Source: Eledone cirrhosa
Taxonomy: Eukaryota
Direction of reading: 5' to 3'
Assembly: GCA_964016885.1 (NCBI GenBank)
Contig: OZ024741.1
Span: 394,568,001 to 394,632,000, forward strand
Length of the DNA: 64,000 nucleotides
Part shown: positions 52,290-64,000 of the stretch, piece after piece
Numbering within the stretch: the stretch's first letter is position 1
Layout: each line of letters opens with the position of its first letter
Position numbers and translations under genes: made by a program
Notes under the pieces: generated by a model
The model's database searches: none
Seen by the model: the letters and a program-made list of their open reading frames with translations, nothing else
What the model was told of the DNA's origin: nothing

Positions 52290-54924
52290 GTCACTGAGGT
52301 TTCTCTGCATCTCTTTATGCAGCTGCCAATCTTCCATACACTCTACAACCAGTTTCTCTTATGCCAGGTTTTTCCCTCAGTTTGCTTACACTATGTTGCT
52401 CATGCACACTAACATTGCACATCCATCGGAACATACTCAACTCATTTCTTTTTAGCCTGTGCAAGACTTCTGCAATCAAGGACCATGTTTCAATGCCATG
52501 TAACATTGCAGTTCACACACAGGCATCATACAGTCTACCTTTCACGCTGAGAAAAAAACATTTTGTTGTTAGCAGTGGTAATAGATCTCTAAACTTCTTC
52601 CAGTCTGTTCTTATCCTAGCTATCACACTTTCAGTGAATCCTCTACCACAACCAAGTTAATCACCTAGGTACCAATGGCTGTCCTCAACTTCTAGAGAAC
52701 TTCTCATGCTAGCGTGGAAAGTAGACATTACACAATGATATTCATTAATCTTAAACTCCTCCGTTATTGCCTGCAGCACTATGATGAACAGGAGGGCTAA
52801 GAACAGAGCCCTGGTGAACACCGACCTGTATGCTAAATTCCTCGCTATAGTCATTGCTAATCCTAACTTTGCTGACTGCTCCCCTATACATGGCTTGTAC
52901 AGCTTTCACAAGCCATTCATCTACTCCTAGTTTTCTAAGAGCCTACCAGATTACAGCAAAGAACTCTGTCAAAAGCTTTCTCGAGATCGACGAATGCCAG
53001 GTAGAATGGCTTACTTTTAGCTAGGTACTTTTCCTGTAACTGCCTCACAAGGAAGAGGGCATCAGTGGTGCCTCTTCCTGGTACAAACCCAAATTGCATC
53101 TCATCTAGTTTCACCCGGTCCCTAATCAACTGTGCTATAACTCTTTCTGTTACTTTCATGACCTGGTCCATCAGCTTTATACCTCTATAGTTTCCTCTAT
53201 CTAGTGCATCACCTTTACCTTTGTAGCAGTTGACAATGATGCTACTGCACCAATCTTTTGGTATGACACCTTCTAGTATTACCTGGTTAACAATACGTAT
53301 GGTTATAGTGTGACCTACAGACCCAGATGCCTTCAGCATCTCACCAGCTATACCCAATGGACCGGTTGCTTTCCCCATCTTCATATCTTTGATTGCCTTA
53401 CTTACTACGCTGCTGCTGACTTATACTGCTGGCCCCTCTATAGGGTCTACTTGGGGTAGGGTCTCTTCTTCCCATGCATTCTCCTCATTTAGTAATCTAT
53501 CATAATGGCTCTTCCATGCATCTTTCTTCTCAGCACTTGTGAGGGCAAGCTCAACTTTATCATTCCGGATACACTTCTCTCCAATGACATCACAATTCTC
53601 TCGGACACACTGCCTCGCAATCTTGAACACCTCCCGTTTCTGGTCCCCACGTTGTAAAACATGCTTGAATTTTCTATCCTCTGCTTCCCTCCTAGCTAAG
53701 TATACTTGTCGCCTAGCTTCCCTCTTGGTCTCTATGTAATGTACCCTGCTCCCCCCGTTCTTCCATTCTTTCCATGCCTGTCTCTTGGGCTTAACTGCCT
53801 CATCTACCTTATTGTTCCACCACCAAGTCACTCTCCTCCTGCTTGTGGTCTTACTCCAGCCACAGACCTCATCCATCGCCTCTAGTAAGTTATTTTTTAG
53901 GAACTCCCAGTGCTCTTCTACATTGAATGTCTCTATCTGTTCTTCTTTACTGTCGTAGGCGTTGAGTAAAATATCTTTAAATCTGTTACTGGCTGAGGGG
54001 TCTTTCAGCTTCCAGATCTTTCTTCTTCAGGTTGGCCTGTTTCCAGGTTCGTCTAGTTCTGACCGTGAGGTTGCTGACAACTAAGCTATGTTGGGAGGTA
54101 CATTCCTCACTAGGGAAGGCTTTTGTGTTTACGACCGTCCATCTGTCACGTCCTCTGATGAGGATAAAATCTATCTGACTAGAATGCTCCCCTGATCTAT
54201 AGGTGATCAGGTAGTTGTCGGGTTTTTTGAAGTTTGTGTTACATATCGACATGTCATTGGTGTCGCAGAATTCTAGAAGTCTGAATCCTTCTTCATTTCT
54301 TGTGCCAACCCATGGCCTCCATGGACTCTATTGAAGCCGTCACAGTGTTTACCTACGTGTCCGTTAAAATCTCCTGCGATGATTAGGAAGTCATTGTCGT
54401 TTGTTAGAGCAGTAGTGTGCATTAGGGACTCGTAAAACCTATCCTTAAGTTCGTCTGGCAACCCCGATTGGGGTGCGTAAGCTGATATTATTGTGGTAAT
54501 TGTTTTATTCAGGACTAGTCTGAGTTTAATGATTCTTGCATTTACCCTGTACACTGAGATTACTTTATCTACCCACTTGTCAGCTAGTATACCTGCACCA
54601 CCCATCCCATTGTCATTTCCCACCCAGAAAAATTTGTAGCACTGACTTTTTCCTACAAGGACTCTAGCATACATCAATTTCCTTTCGCTCTAGCATTTCT
54701 ACGATTTCTCCTGCTCTTCCTTTCATTGTGTTTACATTGATGTTACCAACTCGGAGTTTTGGGCATTTGTCGACATTCGTAGGGAAGGGTCGATTTTTGC
54801 AGGGGTGTGTGTGTGCTTCCTGTCTCTGGATTGGGGCTTCACATGGGTGCTTGGTAGCTCGCGGATTCATATTCATTTCATCTATTAATTCAGAGTTGCT
54901 CCAATTTATTCTCAGCTCATCCAT
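52290..54924 (-). mobile_element. RTE-clade LINE, nearly full ORF (APE + RT) with frameshifts and an internal deletion
   Basis: VGNINVNTM, SAYAPQ, AGDFNGHVG, SQIDFIL, WWWN, NYRGIKL, QFGFVPGRGTTDA, FVDLEKAFD, MLHG.ETW. Confidence 0.88.
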
Positions 54925-56839
54925 AAATAACGGTAGGAAAATTCAGGGCTAGAAAAACAGTGGTGGTGGTAATAATGGCAGGGTGTGTTGGGCTGGGATG
55001 GGGGAGGAGAGAGTTAGGTAGTAGTAGAAATGGCAGGGTTTGTTGGGGTTGGTAGTGGGGGGAGGGGGCGGTTGTGAGGTAGGTAGTGTGAGGTAGGTAG
55101 CCAAGTCATGGCCTGTAGCCTTTGATGGCAAAATAGACAGATAGAGAGGCAGCATGGTAGAGAAAATGAGGGTAACAGAATAAATGTGTTGTGGAAGCTA
55201 GCGAAGTGATAAATACAGCAATAATTGTGAGTAGAACATTTGCAATTGGGGAAATAGAGGGATACCTGAAAGATTTGTATGGATGGATGGATGGAACGTG
55301 GTTAAGCAGCTCTAGTGATTCATTTTAGCCTTTCAGAGTCAAGTGTGTCTTATCTCTTCAATAACTTCAAGATGAGTAAGGGAGGAATGGGTGAGAGGGA
55401 AAGGGAGGTAATAGGTGGCTTAGAGATAGACAGAGAGAGAGAGACAGAGAGAGGGTAGCCATCATAGTGAGTCTCTGTTATAAATGATGTAAAGACAGTT
55501 TGAGGGAAGGCTGAAACAGTTCAGTCCTTAATCTGATATGTAAGATCTCAATCAACAATTTTGTTCATTCATATAACTCGGCCTCAAACATCTAAAAAAA
55601 TTTATTTAATTTCATTATGCATCACATGACCAACCTAAGTCTGTGCTTCAAGGTTAAACTCCAAAAAAGATGATTTTACTGTGTCTATTTTATATTAATC
55701 ATATCATCATTAATGAAAACAATTGAAATATTTAAACAGATCTGCTATATCACTGTCTATAGGTTTTCCAGGTGATCTTGTGATCAGTAAATACATAAAC
55801 ATTTGTTCTGACAACACAAACACTGCCAGTTTGGTAGACATCTGTTGATCTTATCACAGTCATCTTCAACTACAGCATCTAAATGTATCTAAATTGCTAG
55901 CACAGGACCCATTATCTGTATTAATGTCATATTCTGATATGCTATTCACATAAATCAAACAACTTGTTTTTTCCTCTGTTATTCTATTAAATTATGCAGT
56001 AAGTAAATGAATGTAATAACATGGCATTGACACTACATATAAAATGATTACTAAACAAGTTAAATCCAGATATATAATAACATTTATAAGCTATTCCCCA
56101 CAATCTATTATTAGGTTCAACACAATCTTTCATATCAAAGATTTTATATATATATTGCTTCCAAGCTGCCTGTCCACCCACACTGAAAATAAACCGCCCA
56201 CTCTTTTTCTTTTCTTTTTGTTTTGCCCAATTAGAAACAACATCCTCTTTCAAGTTTAATAGCTTCTCTTGAACATATACTCCAATATGTACATCAGAAA
56301 CACTTTGCCATAAGATTCAGAGAAAACCTTATTTATCTTAAACTTATTAAATGTAATTACTTTAAATGATTGATCCTAAAAAGACCAAATAGTATTGAAG
56401 AGATTGAGTTTTCTTTTCAGAGCTAAAAATAATAAATCCTGTGCCTTTATGGAGCTTTAATTTTTTTGTTTTAAATACAAAGAGAATGCTTCGATATTTC
56501 TAAACAAACACCAAAGTATAAGATCATATTAAAGAAAAGCTACCTCATGGTAAATATATTAGAAGCATAAATACAAAGTCTTTTGTTACTTTGTAAAATA
56601 TCAGAAAAATACATCTAAGGACACAATGTAATTAAATAAATTCATAATAAAAATTTAATATAACATAGACAATTCTTTTTTAAATAATGTGTAAAACAAT
56701 GTATATGTTTGAAAATTATCAGTCTAAATATAATAACTTTCAGATAAATTGTTCTTTATAACTGTAGATTCAAACAATCACAATATGCATTGTTGTGAAG
56801 TAAACATTGGTGAAAGAAATTAATATATCAGTTTTCTGT

Positions 56840-57004
56840 TTATCTGTGTGGTGTTTTTTCACTGAATGGATAAACTGTCATTACTTCACCCATTCCTTTT
56901 GTTTGACCTTCCCGAAAAAGAAGCTGGGCGCCTATGCGAATATATTCTGGCTGTTTTATCAGATGAAATGTCACTCTAGCCTTTTCATTTGTTTTAATAG
57001 CTTC
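56840..57004 (-). CDS. GTPBP2: GTP-binding protein 2, last coding exon
   Basis: Acceptor ttttatccag, then EAIKTNEKARVTFHLIKQPEYIRIGAQLLFREGQTKGMGEV..stop; matches GTPBP2 domain III (PEYL..G..LLFREG.TKG.G). Confidence 0.9.
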   Translation of the reverse strand, partial: EAIKTNEKARVTFHLIKQPEYIRIGAQLLFREGQTKGMGEVMTVYPFSEKTPHR

Positions 57005-58502
57005 CTGGATAAAATAGAAAAGTGGCATCAGAATAACATAAGAAAAGCTAACAAAATTGAAGTCAAAATACAAATAGCAGGTTTCCAGATAAACATTTTT
57101 AACAGTTAAATATTAACAAAAATAAAAAGCAAAATTTGAACATAAAAGAATATTTGGTTTCAACTGCACGCTATACAAATTGCCACTTGTGGTTAGTGAG
57201 AATTAAGTATTGTTGCCAGGGATATGAATTGCCAAAACTTGAGTTGGTAGGCCAGCACTTTAGCCAGTTGTGATTCTCAATCTTTAAAAGGAGTTCTAAC
57301 AGTTTTCTAACATTCTTTTAGTCATGGCTTTAGTAATAATTCTGCATATTATCAATGAATGGAAGAGTATACATAAAGTGTTAAATTAAGCTTTAATTCA
57401 TTAGGATTGAAACAGGAATTAAAGTACTTCTTTCTAAAGAGTGAGAATGTGTCCACTTTCTATCTTAAACTTACATCTTCGATAGCTTCTCCAATTCGAA
57501 TTCTACTCATCAAATGAGTATTTTAAGTAAGTGTATCATTAAAAGAATAAGATAACTGCATAGTGTTATTAAAATAAATGATTCACCATGATACACCAGC
57601 TTAAAACCCAAAGTCTTCAACATACAAATACCATACAACCAACCAATTCAGAATGTAAAAACATGGGCCCAGAAGAGACAGGTGTGTGGTATATCTGCAG
57701 TTAATAAATTAGGAACTACTCTTAAACATTTCATTAGTGACTTAATAACAAAGACATATGCAAAGGCTACTAAATTTTCCACTATAAAGACAATATTTAT
57801 CTCGTCTTTCACATAATATTCAACATCGATTAATGTCCATTTTCCACACTAACATAGATTAGACGAGTTGTCCTGTGAGACAAGCCAGGTCGGATGACTG
57901 TGTCTTGCTCACACAGAACTGACTTTGGTTTCTATGGCTGAATGCCCTCCTAACGCCAACCACATTTACAGTGTGCACTGGGTGATTTTTGTCATGACAC
58001 AAGAAAACTACAAAGAATTGTAACAGGAGTGTTTTTATAGATTTATCTTTGTAAAGTTTCACAAGAGTTATTAATTTCTATCAAGGCTATCTGGACCATT
58101 TAACTAAGCAGTATTTAGAGAAAAAAAGTGCATATGTTTGTGACCCGCTCCGGATATTTTATTTAAATAAAAAACTTCAGTGGATTACGAGAGTGGCAAA
58201 TATGATAAGCACTAACAGCACTCTGTGCATGTACCTGCTAAAACAAATGTTAGATAGCCTTTAATGGGTTGTTTGGTCACTACAAAAAAGTTTGTTGTCA
58301 TCTCATGCATGAAATAAAAATCAGCCTGACAGTACTTACTGCTCTCCAAACTACTGAGTACAGCCAGAAATTGCAAATGAAAGAAATGAAATGAAATAGC
58401 CCAGCAAGAACTCAATCCAGCTCTAATTGAATCTAACACATTCGAGTAAGGTGAGCCACATAACAAGAGTGGATTTTGTTCCTCTGAAGTTCATTATTAT
58501 TT

Positions 58503-58694
58503 AGGGCGGTGGATTGGCAGTATCGGTAGAGAGTTGGACGCCATGCTTTCCAGCATAGTTACGTCCCTTTACGATCTGAGTTCAAATCCCGCCGAGGTTG
58601 ACTTTGCCTTTCATCCTTACGGGGTCGATAAAATAAAGTACCAGTAATGCACTGGGTAATTGCTGGCCTTGTGCCTAAAGTAGAAACAATTATT
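58503..58694 (+). mobile_element. tRNA-derived SINE in a GTPBP2 intron (antisense to the gene)
   Basis: A box TGGCAGTATCGG, B box GAGTTCAAATCC, central GCCTTTCATCC..GGGGTCGATAAAAT and an ATT-type tail. Confidence 0.85.
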
Positions 58695-58708
58695 TAGTGT
58701 TAACTTAC

Positions 58709-58870
58709 TTTATCCATTCTGACAATTTTTACAGTTTGTCTGACATTACCAACATGTATTGTTGTTTGGAAACCAGTTGATATATGTTTAGCATGAAATA
58801 AAACATAGATATTTGCATCAAATTCAATACATGCGTAGGGTGATGATTCTGGGCTGACTAAAACCATTCC
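58709..58870 (-). CDS. GTPBP2: GTP-binding protein 2, penultimate coding exon (54 codons, phase 0/0)
   Basis: Acceptor tttacag, GMVLVSPESSPYACIEFDANIYVLFHAKHISTGFQTTIHVGNVRQTVKIVRMDK, donor gtaagt. Not called in the ORF track. Confidence 0.92.
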
Positions 58871-59119
58871 CTGTAAAAAGAGAAAATTTGTTAATTAAAA
58901 AATATAATGAAAGTGCCAAACTGATATGACATTTTTCATTGTAAGATTAATACTCTCAACTTTGGTATTTACAACAGCACATATACCACTCCCAACACTT
59001 TCCTTTATCCATTAATAAGATAAATCTTCATATTTCATATCACAATATCTTCCTTATTATCTATTCTGGAACATTTCAAACTTCAACAGTTGTTATGTAT
59101 ATATGCTTAATTACTCTCT

Positions 59120-60005
59120 CTGTCATCGTCATCATCATAATTTTACATCCATTTTTACATGCTAGCATTTGTAGGGCAAGTCATCACAGTCCAAGACTAG
59201 ATGGATTGGAGAAGCACATCTTGCTCATATGTTCCATAGATTGGCATGGTTTCTATAGTGGAATGCCCCTCCTAATGCCAACCACTTTACAGAGTGTACT
59301 GGGTGCATTTTATCAAGGTATTAGATGCATTTTATGGTGGTACCAACACTAGAGAGGTCGTCAAGTCCTCAATAAGGCCAAAGGGTCCTCTCTACTGTAT
59401 GTTGTCTGGGCTTTACTGATTGTTTTTCATCATGACACCAACACTAGAGAGGTTGTAAGCTAGAATGACCTCTCCACTATATTTAGTTTCCAATCCATCA
59501 CCCCATTTACTTTCGCTGTTACAAGCATTGTAACACCTGTCAACACACTCCTATGTCATCTCATTTGTGAGGTTCAGTTTCTTGATGTCATTTTTGTTCT
59601 GGTGGCTTCATCATGTCTTCTTTGGTCTCCCTTTTCTACAGGTTTCATCTACTTCAATTTCTCAGCACTTCTTTATACAATTCTTGCATCCATCCAAGTT
59701 AACAGCAGTATGATTAGTAACGTAATTAAGGATATGAGGACAAGCAAAGCATCTGGACTGTCATGGATAATTGCTGAGATGTTGAAAGCATCTGGAATGG
59801 TGGGGCATACCATGGTCACCCGGATAGTAAACCAAGTAATACAGTAGCAGCAGCATCGTTAACTGCTACAAGGGAAAAGGAGATGCTCTAAATAGAGAAA
59901 ACTATAGAGGCATTAAGTTAGTTGACCAGGTCATGAAGGTCAGAGAAAAAGTTATTGCACAGCTGATTAGGGACTGAATTGATCTAGATGAAATGCAGTT
60001 TGGAT
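59120..60005. mobile_element. RTE 3'-UTR remnant (-) and RTE RT fragment (+, about 59690-60005)
   Basis: CAT-rich tail followed by CATGCTAGCA; IAEMLKASG and YKGKGDAL..NYRGIKL as in 52935-53384. Confidence 0.7.
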
Positions 60006-60027
60006 GGTGGGCCACACTTTGACCACA

Positions 60028-61240
60028 TATCATCATCATCATCATCATCACCGTTTTACATCCGTTCTTCCACGCTAGCATGGGTTAGATGGGTTGTCCT
60101 GTTGTGTGCAGTGTCTGGTCGGCTGACCATGCCTTGCTCATACAGGAACTGATCTGGCTTGATTTCTACAGCTGGATGCCCTTCCTAACACCAACCTCAT
60201 TTACAGTGAGTGCTGGGTGCTTTTTCGTAGCGCCTACACATCCACTTTACAGTGTGGGCTGGGTGCTTTTTTGCCGTGGCACCTCCACGACCACCTTGCA
60301 GTGGGGGGGTGTGGGGGCATATTGTCTATATGCTTCAGCTTGTACCCATGGGAGGTCAGGTACTCTGTATTACTGCGTGACGCGAGAGGTCACGGTCGTG
60401 TCATCGCCTTTGAGAGGTGTAATTGGGTAAGGTCGGCTTTTATCACCTCATCCCAGGTCATCTTGGGTCTCCCCACTCCGCGGTTTCCATCGACTTCTAG
60501 TGCTCTGCACCTTTTTATGGAGCTGTCATCCTTCATACGCATCACATGTCCCTACCAACGCAACCGCCTCTCATTTGATTCCTCTTATCCCTAGTCTCTC
60601 TCTCAATTCATTTATGCTTTGTCGTTCGCGTATATTACTATTACACATCCATCGGAGCATGCAGGCTTCGTTTCTCTCTAATCTACGTAAGTCTTCCACC
60701 TTCAGCGCCCAGGTCTCACTACCATGCAACATCGCTGTTCGGATACACGCATCATACAGTCTGCCTTTCATTTTGAGGGAGAAGCTTTTTGCAGCTAGCA
60801 GTGGCAGTAGTTCCCTAAACTTCTTCCATCCTGTTCTTACCCTAGTTATTGTACTTTCTGAACACCCACCTCCGCTGCTAATTCGGTCACCTAGGTAGCA
60901 GAAGCTGTCTACTGTTTCTACAGAGCCCTCCCAGAGATTGGTGGTACTTGTTTCCTGTGGCTGTTTGCTGCTTGCTGTCCCAGCACAGCTGCTGCATGTG
61001 AAGCCTACATTCTTAATTAAGCTTCCTGAGATCCCGCTACATCTCTTGTGTACCCATTGTTTGCATTTGTGGCAGAGAATGGAGTTCCTACCTACACTTT
61101 TCCTACATACTGAGCAAGGCCATTTCCCTGAGGGGATCTGGCTTCTGTCTTCTCGTCTACTTACAAGGACCTTAGTCTTTGTCATGTTGACTTTGAGACC
61201 CTTTCTTTCTAGTCCCTGCTTCCAAGTTTGGAATTTCTTC
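60028..61240 (-). mobile_element. RTE LINE 3' end with a PHD-like finger inside the RT C-terminal region and an (ATG)n tail
   Basis: ORF 60571-61185 reads KTKV..CSVC..CHKC..HKRC..CSSC..FCYLG..MLHGSETW. Confidence 0.85.
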
Positions 61241-61329
61241 TCTTTTGGAAGCTGTCATACCCAATGACTGTTGCTGGAGATAGCATTTGTGGTGGTAATG
61301 ATGATGATGATGTTCATGCCAACATAATC

Positions 61330-62400
61330 ATTACTCTTGCACAATACATCCCATTCCTTATATACTCAGCTGTTCTCTCAGCTCACTTGTGCTCCATCAT
61401 TCATGCACACTAGAGCATGCATACTTCATTTCTTTCCAGCCATCACAAATCTTCTGCATTTGTGGTTCACATCTTACTACCATAACAGTTCCAACACAAA
61501 CATCATACAATCTGCCCTCTACTCCAAGGGAAAATATCTTTGTTTCCAACAAAAGCAACAGCGCCCTGAACTTCTTCTACCCCATTCTCATGCTAGCTAC
61601 ATTTTCAGCACACCAATCTCCATCTACATAGCAAAAGTTATCTACTACATATAGTGAGTCTTCTGAGTATCTGAGAGTTTATTTCATGAGTAGCCCTATT
61701 GTTGATTACTCCTGTGTACCTGTTACATATCAAGTCTACTTTCTCTGTCAGTCTGCCTGTGATCTTCCTATACCTCTTGAGCATCTATTATACATACTGG
61801 GTAAAGCATATTAAGTTCCTACTTATGCTTTTTCTGCAAATTGAACATGGCCATTTCTCTGATTGTAGCAGAGTCCTATCCTCTTTCCTACTTACTAAAA
61901 CTTTAGTCTTTGCTGGTTTTACTTTGAGGTCTTTTGATTCCAGATTTTGTTTCTATATTTGCAGCTTCTGTTATGACGGCCAGAGCACCAGCATACACAA
62001 ATTCCCACAGAGAACCAGCCTTGAATTCCTGTTATGCCACCGATAAATAGGTGAGGTAAAAACTGAGCCTTAGTGGACTCCTACCTGCTAATTAAATTCA
62101 TCACTGTACTCATTACTAACTTTTATCTTTTTGGCTATACCTCTATTACTAGCTTCCAAAATACCCAGCAAATTACAGAGAGTGGGACCCTGACAAAGGC
62201 ATTTTCCAAGTTAATGATAAATATAGGGGTTACTCTTAGCTAAGTACTTCTGCATTTGTCTCATTAGGAAGATGATATCCATAGTATTTCTCCCTGACAC
62301 AAAGCCAAACTGCAACTTTCAAAATTAAGTCTATCCCTAATTAGTTGTGCTATCATTCTGTGACCTTCATAACCTGATCAAACAATTTGACACCTCTATA
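61330..62400 (-). mobile_element. Older decayed copy of the same RTE family
   Basis: Residual QFGFV, YLAKS.P, ENAF and KTKVLVSRKE motifs. Confidence 0.65.
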
Positions 62401-62828
62401 AGTTAGATTAAAAACTTACCCTTCATTCCTCCTTTCCCCCTCCACCACATAACACCTTAACCTTCTTTCTTCTCGTCTCCTCTATCCATCAAGGATCAAT
62501 AAACCCTTGTGTTTTCTCTCCTCTTCAAATTTTCTATATAAACTCAAACCAACATAATTTAATACTTTGGAAAATATGTGTTTGTACTAAAACACTGGTA
62601 CAAATGTAAAGTAATTCAAAATAAATTACACTACACTCTACTAAACTCAAGTATTGAGTCCTTTATTTCAGTGAAAGTCTTGGGAATAATATAGATGAAT
62701 AGATAGAAAGACAGAATGATAGTGAGTGAATGAAAAAAGGAATGCATGATAGACAGAAAGAGAGTGAGAGAGACTGGAGTAAAAGATATGAAATGAAAAC
62801 TAAGAATGGGTAATAATATATTACCAAC

Positions 62829-63000
62829 CTTTCGAAGAGATTCACGTTCAATATTAAATAGTGCTACAGTGGCTGACTGTCCTGCTTGAATTAACCGACA
62901 AGGAAGACGATTACGATGAACTGTCTTAACAGTAACATGGTGAAATTCTCCATCTGACATAGGTCCCAACATTAAAGAGTCACTTTCCCGAATAGAACCG
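62829..63000 (-). CDS. GTPBP2: GTP-binding protein 2, internal exon (domain II)
   Basis: Acceptor tttttatag, one carried-over base, GSIRESDSLMLGPMSDGEFHHVTVKTVHRNRLPCRLIQAGQSATVALFNIERESLRK, donor gttggt. It joins in frame to GMV of the next exon (LRK|GMV). Confidence 0.92.
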
Positions 63001-63411
63001 CTATAAAAATAATAAAATAATTACAAATATAATGTAATAAGTGCTACATGTATTGAATATTATATTCTTATGGTTAATCAAACAAATTAACCATCTTGTG
63101 TCAAACCATTTCCAAACTACACTCACAGCCACTTCATGGAATTCTTTGAAAACAGTAGAGCAACTTAAAAATGATATGCTCCTATTAAATGATTGACAGT
63201 TGTTTTGGTTGTTTATGTTCCGAATTTAAATCCTGTCATGGTTATTTTTGCTCTTTGTTCTTCAGGCATCAATAATCAAATACTGGAGACAATTTAATTG
63301 AGTAAACTCTACCTCCAAATATCTCACCTTGCATTATAAACAATTATTAGTGCATTTTCTTACAGCAGTGTGTTGTTCCACACCATGGTACTTACTATAC
63401 ACAACCAAATT

Positions 63412-63608
63412 GGACTAGACAATTTAATCAGTGAATAAATTGTTTAGTCCATAACATTGCACACACACGTCCTTGTCGAAACAGCATGGTGCATTCAACA
63501 CATGCGTCATTCAACCACTAAATGAACATATATTTCTCTGTATATCAGGACAATATGACAGGGTTGTAATGATGCTAGAAATAGCACCATGCTGTTTCAA
63601 CAAGGACC
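63412..63608. repeat. Inverted-repeat, MITE-like element
   Basis: Hairpin GGACTAGACAATT..AATTGTTTAGTCC, and a 24-bp inverted pair GTCCTTGTCGAAACAGCATGGTGC / GCACCATGCTGTTTCAACAAGGAC. Confidence 0.55.
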
Positions 63609-63837
63609 ATGGCCTGTATGCTATCTATTGAATATTATCCCTACTTTCAAAGAATGATGGAACAACATTCTTAATTTATTGAGATAATTAGTATTGTTTC
63701 TTAATTTCAGAAACTACAGTTGGGGATATTATATGAGTGAAACAGACATATTTTAGATTTTGGCTTAAGTTAAATATATTTAAATACTTATCTGATTTGA
63801 TGTCTATCTATAGTAGAGACAAATAACTTTATATATA

Positions 63838-64000
63838 TCATCATCATTGTTTAACGTCCACTTTCCATGCTAGCATGGGTAAGACAGGTTGTCCCATTTG
63901 AGGCAAGTTGGGTCAGGTGACTGTGTCTTCTCATACAGGAGTGTTTTGGGCTCAGTTTCTACAGCTGAATGACTTTCCTAATGCCAACCACATTTACAGT
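63838..64000 (-). mobile_element. RTE 3'-UTR-type repeat with a CAT tail
   Basis: TCATCATCATTGTTTAACGTCCACTTTCCATGCTAGCATGGGT matches about 60030-60085. Confidence 0.7.

Noticed and set aside
62631-62828. C-terminal part of ORF 62631-62972 (and the N-terminal part of 56840-57073) as coding
   Set aside because: These are intronic read-through beyond the GT/AG boundaries of the GTPBP2 exons.

Overview
Repeat-dominated, AT-rich animal genomic DNA; the SINE/RTE/microsatellite content resembles a mollusc such as an octopus, which is an inference. Positions 1-27731 form an uninterrupted array of seven non-LTR retrotransposons, each separated from the next only by a microsatellite tract of (ATT)n. 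Three are Tx1-like APE-endonuclease elements on the + strand. Four are Dong/R4-like restriction-like-endonuclease (RLE) elements of two subfamilies on the - strand. The two full-length Dong-like elements have divergent ORFs but share a 5' leader, and that leader appears colinear with the Tx1 5' UTR. Positions 28-55 kb hold decayed elements: Penelope-like elements with hammerhead ribozyme motifs, a Hero-like RLE element, a Chapaev3-like DNA transposon, non-autonomous Helitrons, a fold-back CR1-group LINE, RTE LINEs, tRNA-derived SINEs and a Tx1/Dong chimera. The last three coding exons of a host GTPBP2 gene lie on the - strand at 56.8-63.0 kb; an RTE fragment with an embedded PHD-like finger sits in one of its introns. 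All alignments were made by eye and no searches were run.
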